This document shows positions 52,444 through 60,562 of a stretch of DNA of 60,617 bases, one piece after another (the stretch's first letter is position 1; the number at the start of each line of letters is the position of its first letter). The notes beneath the pieces were generated by a model. That model worked only from the letters and a program-made list of their open reading frames with translations, made no database searches and was not told the origin of the DNA. Source of the DNA: a virus; IMG/VR virus record IMGVR_UViG_3300045988_140605; one strand, written 5' to 3'. The position numbers were made by a program, and so were the translations under genes.

Positions 52444-52678
52444 AAATATGATACCTTCTTTCTGTTGTCTTGCGCAGGCGGCAATGGTTCCAGAACCACT
52501 TGGCGCGACATTTCAAGCGGCTCTTCTTACTCGAAAAACCGCAATGGTTGCAATGAAAGAAATATTCCCTGGCTTTCCAACCCCTCAGATGAGGTTCGCC
52601 ATGCAATATGCTCCAGGGCGCTATGCTTCGCCAGCCGCACCAGGGACATGCCTTCAGCTTCCTTGTCTCGTCTTTCAT
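52427..52678 (-). CDS. Lar-like zinc-ribbon protein (restriction alleviation family)
   Basis: It has LKACPWCG...FHCNHCGFSS...AKWFWN. The start overlaps the upstream stop (ATGA). Confidence 0.4.
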   Translation of the reverse strand: MKDETRKLKACPWCGWRSIAPWSILHGEPHLRGWKAREYFFHCNHCGFSSKKSRLKCRAKWFWNHCRLRKTTERRYHIYGREF

Positions 52679-53283
52679 AAGCTCGTTGCCCTCGGCAGGC
52701 TGATAATATAACCATCGCGCACACGCTCCACATGAGCGTTCCGCAGGTCGGTCCAGCCGTACTTGTTGTCGGTATACTGGCAGCTGATCCCCGCCATATC
52801 GAACAAATCGGCCACGCTCACCACGTCAAAGCGCTCCAGCAGCTCTTCCATGCGATACAGCACTTCTTCCGCGTCGCCGCGGGTCTCGAAGACAATATCA
52901 TCATAGCTGTACTGCGCCTGCGCTCTGGGGCGGTTGTAGCTGGGCCGTTCATCCCGATCCTGATAATACTGGCGATAGGCCACCTTTGCACCGGGGCTTC
53001 CGCTTTTTCCACGGCTCGGTTCGCCCAGCAGCATGTTTATGCCATTGCAGACAATATCGCTGATCGCCCGTTTGATGGAAGGCACCAGCACATCCATCAA
53101 AATATAACTTTTCACGCTCTCCACATCGCCAGGAACAAAGATGCTTCCGGCCTTCGCAAGCCCGCTCTTTTTGCGTTGCTTTACATTGCCGGTCACTACT
53201 TTTTCCGTTCGCTTTTCAGGCATCGGTTCGTGCAGCTCCTGTTCTTTGGAGCGATGGGAGTTCGGTTTGTAATCTTCCGCCAT
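52675..53283 (-). CDS. Conserved hypothetical phage protein
   Basis: The 202-aa ORF has a basic N-terminus. Confidence 0.5.
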   Translation of the reverse strand: MAEDYKPNSHRSKEQELHEPMPEKRTEKVVTGNVKQRKKSGLAKAGSIFVPGDVESVKSYILMDVLVPSIKRAISDIVCNGINMLLGEPSRGKSGSPGAKVAYRQYYQDRDERPSYNRPRAQAQYSYDDIVFETRGDAEEVLYRMEELLERFDVVSVADLFDMAGISCQYTDNKYGWTDLRNAHVERVRDGYIISLPRATSL

Positions 53284-53319
53284 GAGAAATATCCTCCTTT
53301 TCGCTTTGCAAACTGTGTC

Positions 53320-53589
53320 TTATGCCGCACGACGGACACGACGGCGCTTGCCAATGCCCATCTGGGCGTTATAGCCCTCCTTGGCAAGCCTTCCGCTTGT
53401 CACACGCCGCCAGAGCGGCTGATGCTGCTTCTGGATCTTAGAGAGCGCCTTGCGACCCTGACTGGTGCGCTGCAAATTCTGGGCATGCGTGTGACGCATG
53501 CCCAAACACAGCACCTTGTTTACGTGTGGAACGCCCATGGCCTTCAGCCGGGCTTTGGCAATCGCACGAATAGATGAACGCATACTCAT
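53320..53589 (-). CDS. Small basic protein
   Basis: The 89-aa ORF is K/R-rich and is preceded by a conserved GC-rich leader hairpin. Confidence 0.45.
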   Translation of the reverse strand: MSMRSSIRAIAKARLKAMGVPHVNKVLCLGMRHTHAQNLQRTSQGRKALSKIQKQHQPLWRRVTSGRLAKEGYNAQMGIGKRRRVRRAA

Positions 53590-53750
53590 TTATCATTTCT
53601 CCTTTCATCGCACGCCCTGCGCTTCGCTGGTGTGCGCTCTTCGCATTTTTGATTGTTGTTTCTTACCGCGTCGCAAACTGTGTTTGCTCCTTGAATCGCA
53701 AAAAGAAAAAGAGAAGACGCCTTGTTATCAGCGCCTGCTCTTTATCAGGT

Positions 53751-54035
53751 TTACTCGTCGATCTCGGGAATCTCGTCCAATTCCACGTCGCTCAGATCGA
53801 TCTCTTCCGCCTCAGCCGTATTGACCTTCTTGGTCGCCTTCTTCTGCTGGATCGTGCGCTTAACCTTGTGAACAACCGGAACCACGACGTACTTGGTCAG
53901 CAGAGCTGCTCCAACCACGCCCAGTCCGATGATGCCCACGGTCTTGATCACGCTTCCATTACTGGAAGTTGCTTCCGTCGTCAGGTCCTCAATCGCCTCA
54001 GTGTTGATGATCTCGTTCTTTTCGATGTTTTCCAT
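53751..54035 (-). CDS. Single-pass membrane protein with acidic termini
   Basis: The TM segment is VGIIGLGVVGAALLTKYVVVPVV. It has a strong RBS. Confidence 0.5.
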   Translation of the reverse strand: MENIEKNEIINTEAIEDLTTEATSSNGSVIKTVGIIGLGVVGAALLTKYVVVPVVHKVKRTIQQKKATKKVNTAEAEEIDLSDVELDEIPEIDE

Positions 54036-54131
54036 TGTCGTTTTCTCCTTTCGATTTTAGGGTTTGTCCCCTCATAAAGCCCCTTGCAAATTTCGCGGAA
54101 AATAGGCTCACAGCACCAACCAATTCAGCAG

Positions 54132-54923
54132 TCAACACTCGGTGTAGCCGTACTCAGGCGGATTCATATGGCTTACCACCAAAACCGGCGTGCGGCCGTC
54201 CTTGAGCTGGCTGGAAAACCGCAGCTCAATCAATCCCTTGTCGCTTCGCCATCCCAGATCGTCGCCGACGTCCACTGTGGAAAGGCCAATCTCCATGTAA
54301 AACTCGTTCAGCGAAATATACGGCTCGCTCATGTTGTTCATCTGCCAGTTCAGCTTGTTTGCCGCCCGCTTGAGCGTTTCTACGTCCGAATAGAAGTATC
54401 GCCCAAACATAGAATCTAGACAGAGAACTGGAGCCACCGCACCTTCCGTCGTCTGCATTTCGCCTTGAGCAGGGGCGGGGATCCGTTCCACTCTTTCGCG
54501 GTCGATAGCGTCCAGAATCGCTCCTTCCTTCTTTTCGCCAATGGTTTCCACCACCTTAGAGCGGTAGTCCCGTAAGGTGCTCTCTGCCAGGCTGTAGGCC
54601 GTCGCCAGCGCGGCGTTTCTGCGTCCGTTCACGGCGCTCGCTCCGATGAGACACGCAATCGATACGCCGCCGGTCACGCCAGCCGGAATATAGCACTTCC
54701 AGGCTGCCTGAACCGTTTGCACGGCGGTCAGCTTTTTATGCTGCTCCTCTTTTTTCTTTTTTTCGATTCGCCGCATCGCTTCCGGCGTTGCCCGAACGGC
54801 CAGCACCGTAGTGGTAATCATGCCGCCAATGCCCACGCCCGTCAGAATCTCAGGGCTTTTCCGTTTCAGGGTTCTGCCAATATTGTTGGCGACCCCTTTC
54901 CAGTCAATTTTTTGCATCTTCAT
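54132..54923 (-). CDS. Paralog B of the thrice-repeated family
   Basis: ATG 54923 follows AAAGGAAG. Shared blocks are SPEILTGVGIGGMITTTV, GRRNAALATAYSLAESTLRDYRSKV and SLNEFYMEIGL...GDDLGW. Confidence 0.6.
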   Translation of the reverse strand: MKMQKIDWKGVANNIGRTLKRKSPEILTGVGIGGMITTTVLAVRATPEAMRRIEKKKKEEQHKKLTAVQTVQAAWKCYIPAGVTGGVSIACLIGASAVNGRRNAALATAYSLAESTLRDYRSKVVETIGEKKEGAILDAIDRERVERIPAPAQGEMQTTEGAVAPVLCLDSMFGRYFYSDVETLKRAANKLNWQMNNMSEPYISLNEFYMEIGLSTVDVGDDLGWRSDKGLIELRFSSQLKDGRTPVLVVSHMNPPEYGYTEC

Positions 54924-55248
54924 TTTTCTTCCTTTCAATAGTCCGTAAATACCGCAGAACTTCGCCGCACTCATACTCCATCTTCGCAGCGAATCTGTGC
55001 GTCTCGAAATGGTCGTCGTCCGAATCTCCGAGAATATAATCCAATTCGGAATACGCCTGGCTGACCACCTGAATCGGATCGTCCTCAGACTCACGGATTC
55101 TCCGAATCAGCTCGCTCAGAAGATACCGACCGTACACACAGGTCTGAAAATAGGCGTTCCTCTTTGGAAATATCACGGAACTCGAATTGCACCGATATAC
55201 ATTTCGCCGATATCTTCGTAGCAGGGATATCGCTTCTTCCTGCGTCAT
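54904..55248 (-). CDS. Hypothetical protein
   Basis: The 114-aa ORF has an AGGAGGAGG region upstream. Confidence 0.45.
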   Translation of the reverse strand: MTQEEAISLLRRYRRNVYRCNSSSVIFPKRNAYFQTCVYGRYLLSELIRRIRESEDDPIQVVSQAYSELDYILGDSDDDHFETHRFAAKMEYECGEVLRYLRTIERKKNEDAKN

Positions 55249-55300
55249 GCCCGATCAATCCTCCTCCTTTTCCAACCCCTTCGGGCTCCATCTTCTCGGC

Positions 55301-55329
55301 AAAAGAAAAGAGCCCTTGCGATCGGGCTC
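55301..55329 (-). terminator. Rho-independent terminator (GAGCCC-N8-GGGCTC)
   Basis: The minus strand reads GAGCCC-GATCGCAA-GGGCTC, then TTTTCTTTTG. It lies right after the 55339 stop. Confidence 0.6.
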
Positions 55330-55338
55330 CGTTCTTTT

Positions 55339-55494
55339 TTAGTCCTTGTTCAGTTCGGTCAGCTTCGCCTGAACCGCTTCCTCGATTTTTGCGTCCATCT
55401 TCTTGTCCTCAACGATATTGTTCACTACGCTGATCACAATACCGCCTACGGTGCACAGAAGACCGAGCGCTTTTACCCAGTCAAATTTCTTCAT
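55339..55494 (-). CDS. 51-aa small membrane protein
   Basis: The hand translation is MKKFDWVKALGLLCTVGGIVISVVNNIVEDKKMDAKIEEAVQAKLTELNKD. The RBS is AAAGGAGG. Confidence 0.55.
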   Translation of the reverse strand: MKKFDWVKALGLLCTVGGIVISVVNNIVEDKKMDAKIEEAVQAKLTELNKD

Positions 55495-55539
55495 GGCTTT
55501 TGCCTCCTTTCCATAATAGACACAGTTTTTTTCGCGGAA

Positions 55540-56361
55540 TCAATCTACGCCGCAGGTCGGCACCCTGTCTTCTCCGTCGTATTCCGGATCGTCCAAAGAG
55601 TGCGGCGCAAACGGCGTATCGATGGAGCACACCGTCAGGCCGTCGTCTGTAACATAATGTCTGTGATTGAAATCGATCCAGCGATAGCCGTATTGCGTCT
55701 CGCCGATATAACAATCCCAGCCGATCACGTCTCCTTCCTCAACGGCATCCAGTCCCAGAAAAGACAGGAACTCGTTCAGCGTCACCTCGCCGCGCAGTAC
55801 CAGATTGCGGTTAATGTGGTATTCCGCCTGCACGACTTCTTCCATCGTCCGCTCGAAGAATGCCGCTTTCCCACAGCAAGCGAGATAGAAGGTTTGCACC
55901 TCGTCCCAAGGTGGAAGATCATCCTCGATGTCCTGCTTTTCCTGCTCAACCGCTTTTTCGATCATCGCGTCCGTATCCGACCCCAGAATGCTGTATACCT
56001 TTCGACGATAGCCCTGATAGGCGCTTTCCAGCGCCGCATAAGCGCTGGCGAGAGACGCCTGCTGCCTGCGACTGAGCACGTTCGCGCCGAAGATGCAGAT
56101 CAGCGAGGCCGTGCCAACTGCAACCGTGGGAATATAATCCGCGCCGCAAATCTTAACTGTTTCCATAACGGTCAGCTTTGGCGATTTTGAAGTAGTTCGG
56201 CCTTCTTCATAGCTCGCTCTTTTGAGCTTTTCGGCCATGATCCGCTCATGCGCTACCGACGTTGCCCGAATGGCAAGCGTCACGGTGGCTACCATTCCGC
56301 CTGCACCAAAGCAGGTGAGGATGGTAGAAGCATTTTTCTTAAGCCAATCTCCTATGGTCAT
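55540..56361 (-). CDS. Paralog C of the thrice-repeated family
   Basis: ATG 56361 follows AAGGAAG. Shared blocks are ASTILTCFGAGGMVATVT, SRRQQASLASAYAALESAYQGYRRKV and TLNEFLSFLGL...GDVIGW. Confidence 0.6.
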   Translation of the reverse strand: MTIGDWLKKNASTILTCFGAGGMVATVTLAIRATSVAHERIMAEKLKRASYEEGRTTSKSPKLTVMETVKICGADYIPTVAVGTASLICIFGANVLSRRQQASLASAYAALESAYQGYRRKVYSILGSDTDAMIEKAVEQEKQDIEDDLPPWDEVQTFYLACCGKAAFFERTMEEVVQAEYHINRNLVLRGEVTLNEFLSFLGLDAVEEGDVIGWDCYIGETQYGYRWIDFNHRHYVTDDGLTVCSIDTPFAPHSLDDPEYDGEDRVPTCGVD

Positions 56362-56365
56362 GAAA

Positions 56366-56812
56366 TCACTTCCTTTCAATCAACTTTTGTAGACTTTCGA
56401 ATGCTTCCTTATCCATAAAACCGATTCTGCGCTTGCACAGATCGTCCGCCACATCAGGCGTAAATATCGCTCGAATGGCATTCTCCCGAAGAACCACGTG
56501 TCGTCCCGTCGGATAGGCTCCATGCCATGTAGACTGCTGGGGATTGATCGTCGGGGAATCCATCGCTTCTACCAGATCAACGCCCTGCTCGCGCAATTTT
56601 TTACATGCGTCGCAAGGCTCGTAATCACCAATCAGCCAGGTCGATCTGGGCGCTTCCACGTCGCCAGGCAGTTTTCCGAGCAGGGCAATTTCGTTCTTTT
56701 CTTTCCCGCACCAGAAGCAAATCGGGATGGTTGGGTTCACACCGTGTTTCTGTGAAACCTTAATGCTGTTGGTTTGAATCTCCTCCTTGTCTTTGGCGGA
56801 CGCCAGTCGCAT
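56366..56812 (-). CDS. Zinc-binding hypothetical protein
   Basis: It has CFWCG...CDAC. The start is uncertain (ATG 56812 without an RBS, or GTG 56740). Confidence 0.45.
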   Translation of the reverse strand: MRLASAKDKEEIQTNSIKVSQKHGVNPTIPICFWCGKEKNEIALLGKLPGDVEAPRSTWLIGDYEPCDACKKLREQGVDLVEAMDSPTINPQQSTWHGAYPTGRHVVLRENAIRAIFTPDVADDLCKRRIGFMDKEAFESLQKLIERK

Positions 56813-56970
56813 TGCGTGTAAGCTGTTTTGCGATGCCGCGCTCTCTGTTGTTCATTCTCGCGGCTCTGTTTGATGAGCCGACGAATCTCCAGTCCTTCCT
56901 CCCAGGGCGATTCCTCCAACCACCAGGTCGAGGACAGCCCTCCAAAGATCAAACACACTAAGAAAATCAT
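56737..56970 (-). CDS. Possible small membrane protein
   Basis: ATG 56970 overlaps the upstream stop (ATGA). The N-terminus is a TM helix (MIFLVCLIFGGLSSTWW). The 3' part conflicts with the 56366-56812 ORF. Confidence 0.3.
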   Translation of the reverse strand: MIFLVCLIFGGLSSTWWLEESPWEEGLEIRRLIKQSRENEQQRARHRKTAYTQCDWRPPKTRRRFKPTALRFHRNTV

Positions 56971-57161
56971 GTTGCATCACCCTTTCCAAATACTCTCTGA
57001 TAAGCAATGCGCCAGGCTTTGTGACCCGACATTCCGGTCTGCTTCAGAAAACTTACTTGGGCCCAGTAACTGATAACTTTTCCAGTATCAATTGGACCAT
57101 TTAGTGGGTCGAAATTGATCTTGATGGGGCATTTAAGCTTTTCTTGGCTTGACGTTGACAT
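56967..57161 (-). CDS. Hypothetical 64-aa protein
   Basis: ATG 57161 follows GGGAGGAGAA. Confidence 0.45.
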   Translation of the reverse strand: MSTSSQEKLKCPIKINFDPLNGPIDTGKVISYWAQVSFLKQTGMSGHKAWRIAYQRVFGKGDAT

Positions 57162-57266
57162 GAATTCTCCTCCCATAAATATAAAAGCAAAGAGACTTCG
57201 CTTCTTGTCTCTTTGCTTCATAGTCACTTCAAAACCCTTGTGTGATTCCATTCGAGCCAACGTAAA

Positions 57267-57662
57267 TCATGCGGTTCGAGGTTTTACATTCACATGGATC
57301 TCGCGTCCCTTTACGCAGGCTTCGATCACATGGTTTTCCGGATTCTGAATCAGATCACCGATCACGGAGCCGCCCTTTTTAGAGAGCATCTTTCGCAGGC
57401 CAAACAGGACTCCAAGTTTGCTCTGCTTTTTCTCGGGAATGGCTATATCCGTCATCTCTTCGGGAATGTCGGCTTCTTCCTCATCCGGCGTTTCCGGCTT
57501 AGCAGTCTTAACAGTTTTGGCGTTGATTCCGCGCTGAAGCTGTTCGTATTTGCACTCGGCCTCTGCAATGTCATGTCCGGCCTGGAAAGCAATCTTTCCA
57601 ACCACATACAGCGCCGCCAGCCCAATCGCGCCGCTCAGAACAGTACCCACAAACCCTTTCAT
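57267..57662 (-). CDS. Membrane-anchored hypothetical protein
   Basis: It has an N-terminal TM helix (FVGTVLSGAIGLAALYVVG) and a strong RBS. Confidence 0.5.
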   Translation of the reverse strand: MKGFVGTVLSGAIGLAALYVVGKIAFQAGHDIAEAECKYEQLQRGINAKTVKTAKPETPDEEEADIPEEMTDIAIPEKKQSKLGVLFGLRKMLSKKGGSVIGDLIQNPENHVIEACVKGREIHVNVKPRTA

Positions 57663-57746
57663 GGTGTTTCCTCCTTTTTCTTATCGAACTCAAATGACAA
57701 AAAGAAAAAGACTGAGCCTTTGCATCAGCTCAATCTTTCCATCAGT

Positions 57747-57902
57747 TTAGGACAGCTTCGCTTCAAGCCAGTCGCTAACATAGGTAATCTTCTTCTCCAC
57801 TTTTTTCTCAAACTTCCTGATCTTCCGGTCAACCACGAATACGTGGAATTCCTTCTGAGCCTTCGTCAGAGCTTTGTCCATGGCGTCCAAAATCTTATCC
57901 AT
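57747..57902 (-). CDS. Hypothetical 51-aa protein
   Basis: ATG 57902 follows AAAGGAGAA. The ORF track starts at 57944. Confidence 0.4.
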   Translation of the reverse strand: MDKILDAMDKALTKAQKEFHVFVVDRKIRKFEKKVEKKITYVSDWLEAKLS

Positions 57903-57969
57903 TGCTATTCTCCTTTTCATATTGTTTAGTGTCCGCTTCTTCATAATGCGCCTTGTAAAATTCGCGGAT

Positions 57970-58392
57970 TCAAATATCCCTTCGATCGAACACCGTTTCC
58001 CATCGCTGCTTTGGAATGGGTTTCATCTTCAAAGCCCACATGATCTGCCGAATCGTCACAGTGGGGTAGATCCCGTTTTCACACGGTCCACTCCGCTCAT
58101 CGAAGAATCTTTTGAATTCACCGTTCAGATAAATAGCGTCTGTCAGCCACGGATCAATTTCGCTCCAGTAAGTCTTCTTGGATGACGTGTCAAACCGCTG
58201 CTGAATCACCGCAAGTCCTTTTTCGCCGATCACGTACAGCGTGCAGCGGCTATAGACAGGGTGATCGCAAATATAAACTTTTCCATACTGATTGGCATAT
58301 AGCTCCGGCTTTTCAAAGTGATAGCGCATCATGTCCTCCATGCAAAAAGGAAGAGGCCTTGTATTGGCCCCGCCTTTTTTAGTTGCCATCAT
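57970..58392 (-). CDS. Conserved hypothetical protein
   Basis: The 140-aa ORF contains MRYHFEKPELYANQYGKVYICDHPVYSRCTLY. Confidence 0.5.
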   Translation of the reverse strand: MMATKKGGANTRPLPFCMEDMMRYHFEKPELYANQYGKVYICDHPVYSRCTLYVIGEKGLAVIQQRFDTSSKKTYWSEIDPWLTDAIYLNGEFKRFFDERSGPCENGIYPTVTIRQIMWALKMKPIPKQRWETVFDRRDI

Positions 58393-58658
58393 TGAATCAG
58401 GATTCCTTCTCGATTGATAATATCTGCGAATTCCACATGCTTCGTAAAGTCCTTCGTTTTCACCGATTCCAGGTATTCCTTATACAGCCCTCTGCGATTA
58501 TCCACGACGTAGATTGCTACTGGTTCTGGATAGGTATCCCTCATCCAGTTTGCCAATCTTCGTACGTTCAGCACAGAAATTGCATCATCCTCCAGAAATT
58601 TCGTGTCCACGATCTCCAGCACATTGTTGAATGCATACAGATATACTCGCTTCGTCAT
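58389..58658 (-). CDS. Hypothetical 89-aa protein
   Basis: ATG 58658 follows GGGAGGG. Confidence 0.45.
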   Translation of the reverse strand: MTKRVYLYAFNNVLEIVDTKFLEDDAISVLNVRRLANWMRDTYPEPVAIYVVDNRRGLYKEYLESVKTKDFTKHVEFADIINREGILIQ

Positions 58659-58717
58659 TTTCAAACCCTCCCTTTCGTAGTTTGGTTTCCATAAAGGGGA
58701 TTGTAATAATCGCGGGC

Positions 58718-58752
58718 AAAAAGAAAGAGCCCGTGCATTCAACACGAACCCG
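58718..58752 (-). terminator. Terminator-like hairpin
   Basis: The minus strand has GGGTTCGTG...CACGGGCTC (9 bp including G-U pairs), then TTTCTTTTTG, after the 58775 stop. Confidence 0.4.
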
Positions 58753-58774
58753 TTTCTTTCAGTCGTTCCATTCG

Positions 58775-59182
58775 TTACTTCTTGAACATCCGGAGATGGC
58801 CTCCCAACCAATTTCCGGTTCTGGATGTAAAGGTTCCAGTCTTCTCGAATTGGAGCCCCCGGCCCATCCAGACCCACGACGCCCAAACAGGCAGCACAAT
58901 CGCCACGCCGTCAATCACAATCTTCACGATGTTCCACACACGGCCTTCCTTCGCCTGCTGCTCTTTAAGCTTAGTTTCGCGTTCCTCCAAATGGAGTTTC
59001 TGCAACTCAATATAGCCTTTGTCAGAAGCCTGTGTCTCTTCCATCATCTGCTTGTGAAGCTCGGTCAGCTTTTGCAGCGCCCATTTTGCCTCTTCAGATC
59101 CGGTTCTCGCCAGGGATACCTCTTCGAGAGTCTTGGTATACTCCTCGTCCAGTTTCCTTTGAATCGTCAGGTTCATCTTCAT
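58775..59182 (-). CDS. Coiled-coil protein with C-terminal membrane segment
   Basis: It has a strong RBS and the TM segment VKIVIDGVAIVLPVWASWVW. Confidence 0.5.
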   Translation of the reverse strand: MKMNLTIQRKLDEEYTKTLEEVSLARTGSEEAKWALQKLTELHKQMMEETQASDKGYIELQKLHLEERETKLKEQQAKEGRVWNIVKIVIDGVAIVLPVWASWVWMGRGLQFEKTGTFTSRTGNWLGGHLRMFKK

Positions 59183-59224
59183 TTCTCCTTTCAGTAAGTG
59201 ATAGATTCTCCATTATAGGCGTTG

Positions 59225-59461
59225 TTATCTTCGCGGAATATAGTTTTCGATCTTCACACTTAACGTCACGGTCTTGTTTTTATGAATCGTCTCCATGCCG
59301 CCAGGCTCCAGTTCCAAAAACAAATAAGGCGCCTCGGTCGGATCGGAATGATCCTCACGAAGCGTCCCGGCAAATGTTTTGGCTCTGAGCACGACCGACA
59401 CGCCATATCCGCCTGCAGCCCCAATCAGCAGTCCGATAAGAAAGCACATCCACAGTTCCAT
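59225..59461 (-). CDS. Small membrane protein
   Basis: ATG 59461 follows GGAGGAA. The N-terminus is MELWMCFLIGLLIGAAGGYGV. Confidence 0.45.
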   Translation of the reverse strand: MELWMCFLIGLLIGAAGGYGVSVVLRAKTFAGTLREDHSDPTEAPYLFLELEPGGMETIHKNKTVTLSVKIENYIPRR

Positions 59462-59557
59462 TGCGTAATTCCTCCTTAAAAATATAGCACAGATGATCGT
59501 CACCTGCGTACTGTTTTTTCAAAGGGGAAGAGCCCTTGTAATCGGGCTCTATCCTTT

Positions 59558-59743
59558 TTAGTCGTTGTAGTTTGAATACCGCCACGGGTGTTTCTTCCGA
59601 TCCTGCTCGTCCATAAACGTTTTGTACCAAGGCCACAACCGATACAATAGCTCACTAATAAAGCACACTGCAAAGTGTATTGCGACTTTGGCCACAAACC
59701 AGCCAACAGCAAACAGGAATCCATCAGAAAAGTTAAATGACAT
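59558..59743 (-). CDS. Small membrane protein
   Basis: ATG 59743 follows GGAAGGAGGAA. The hydrophobic N-terminus is FLFAVGWFVAKVAIHFAVCFI. Confidence 0.45.
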   Translation of the reverse strand: MSFNFSDGFLFAVGWFVAKVAIHFAVCFISELLYRLWPWYKTFMDEQDRKKHPWRYSNYND

Positions 59744-59773
59744 TTTCAATTCCTCCTTCCATAGAAGGAGATG

Positions 59774-60181
59774 TTATTTTCGCGCCTTATCCAGAAGCCA
59801 GAAGAACCGTCTGTATGCGGCGTACCAGACCTCTTTGCAGCATGGCGGCGAAATATGCTCATAAGACATGCCCTCCGTCACAGCACGCAGCATCAATTCT
59901 CCCAGGTCGCCAGCAGCCTTTGCTGCGCTTTCTTCCACTATCCGCATCCGGTTTTTATAATAAATTCGCGCTTCTGCATACAGCGCAGTCGGATCGGAGT
60001 GTCCGCTTCCTTTTGTCTGATCCGTGGTACTCAATGATCGCGCTGGCAATCCGTCCAAATCGCGGTACGCCTGCTTCCATTCTGGATATTGCAGACAAAA
60101 GTGCTTCAGCTCGTAGTGACGATGCCTGGAGATGTAGTAAATGTTTCTGCTTGACAATTCGGGGCGTAGCACTGTACCCAT
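59774..60181 (-). CDS. First early gene: putative transcriptional regulator (sigma region-4 / ArpU-RinA-like; tentative)
   Basis: The RBS is TAGGAGGAAG. The motifs are RHRHYELKHFCLQYPEWK...SDPTA...LRAVTEGMSYEHI...YAAYRRFFWLLDKAR. Confidence 0.35.
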   Translation of the reverse strand: MGTVLRPELSSRNIYYISRHRHYELKHFCLQYPEWKQAYRDLDGLPARSLSTTDQTKGSGHSDPTALYAEARIYYKNRMRIVEESAAKAAGDLGELMLRAVTEGMSYEHISPPCCKEVWYAAYRRFFWLLDKARK

Positions 60182-60467
60182 CTATCTTCCTCCTATTCCG
60201 CTCCATCTCAAATCGACTGAAACTCACCGCCTATCTGGGCGGCCCGCGAGCCCAAAAACCACAAAAGCCACCTCGATTTTCTAACCTAAATTAAACTTCT
60301 AACTTAGATTAGAATTTGAGGCGGCAAAAAGGAAGAGGTCATGTAAACTACTTAACCCATATTCTGAAGAAAGCCTCGCTCTATCGGAGCTTTATTCAAA
60401 ATATGGCGCATAAAAAAACACCGCCATCGCTGGCAGTGTCTTCTTTTCAGAGGTATCTTGAGTCAAC

Positions 60468-60487
60468 TGTGGTAAATCTGTGGTAAA
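60468..60487. promoter_or_regulatory. Two direct TGTGGTAAA 9-mers; candidate arm-type integrase sites
   Basis: Copies lie at 60468-60476 and 60479-60487. In the circular map they sit about 190 bp from the pair at 112-132. Confidence 0.4.
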
Positions 60488-60562
60488 TTCATCGTTTTTC
60501 GCCTCGTCAAGACCGGAAAGCCTTGATTTTACTGGGTTTTTCAGCTTATAGGCTTCATCGTC

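Noticed and set aside
60182-60562. tRNA or tmRNA-derived attachment core
   Set aside because: No cloverleaf-compatible segments or T-loop-like GGTTCGAATCC sequence were seen here or elsewhere in the window.
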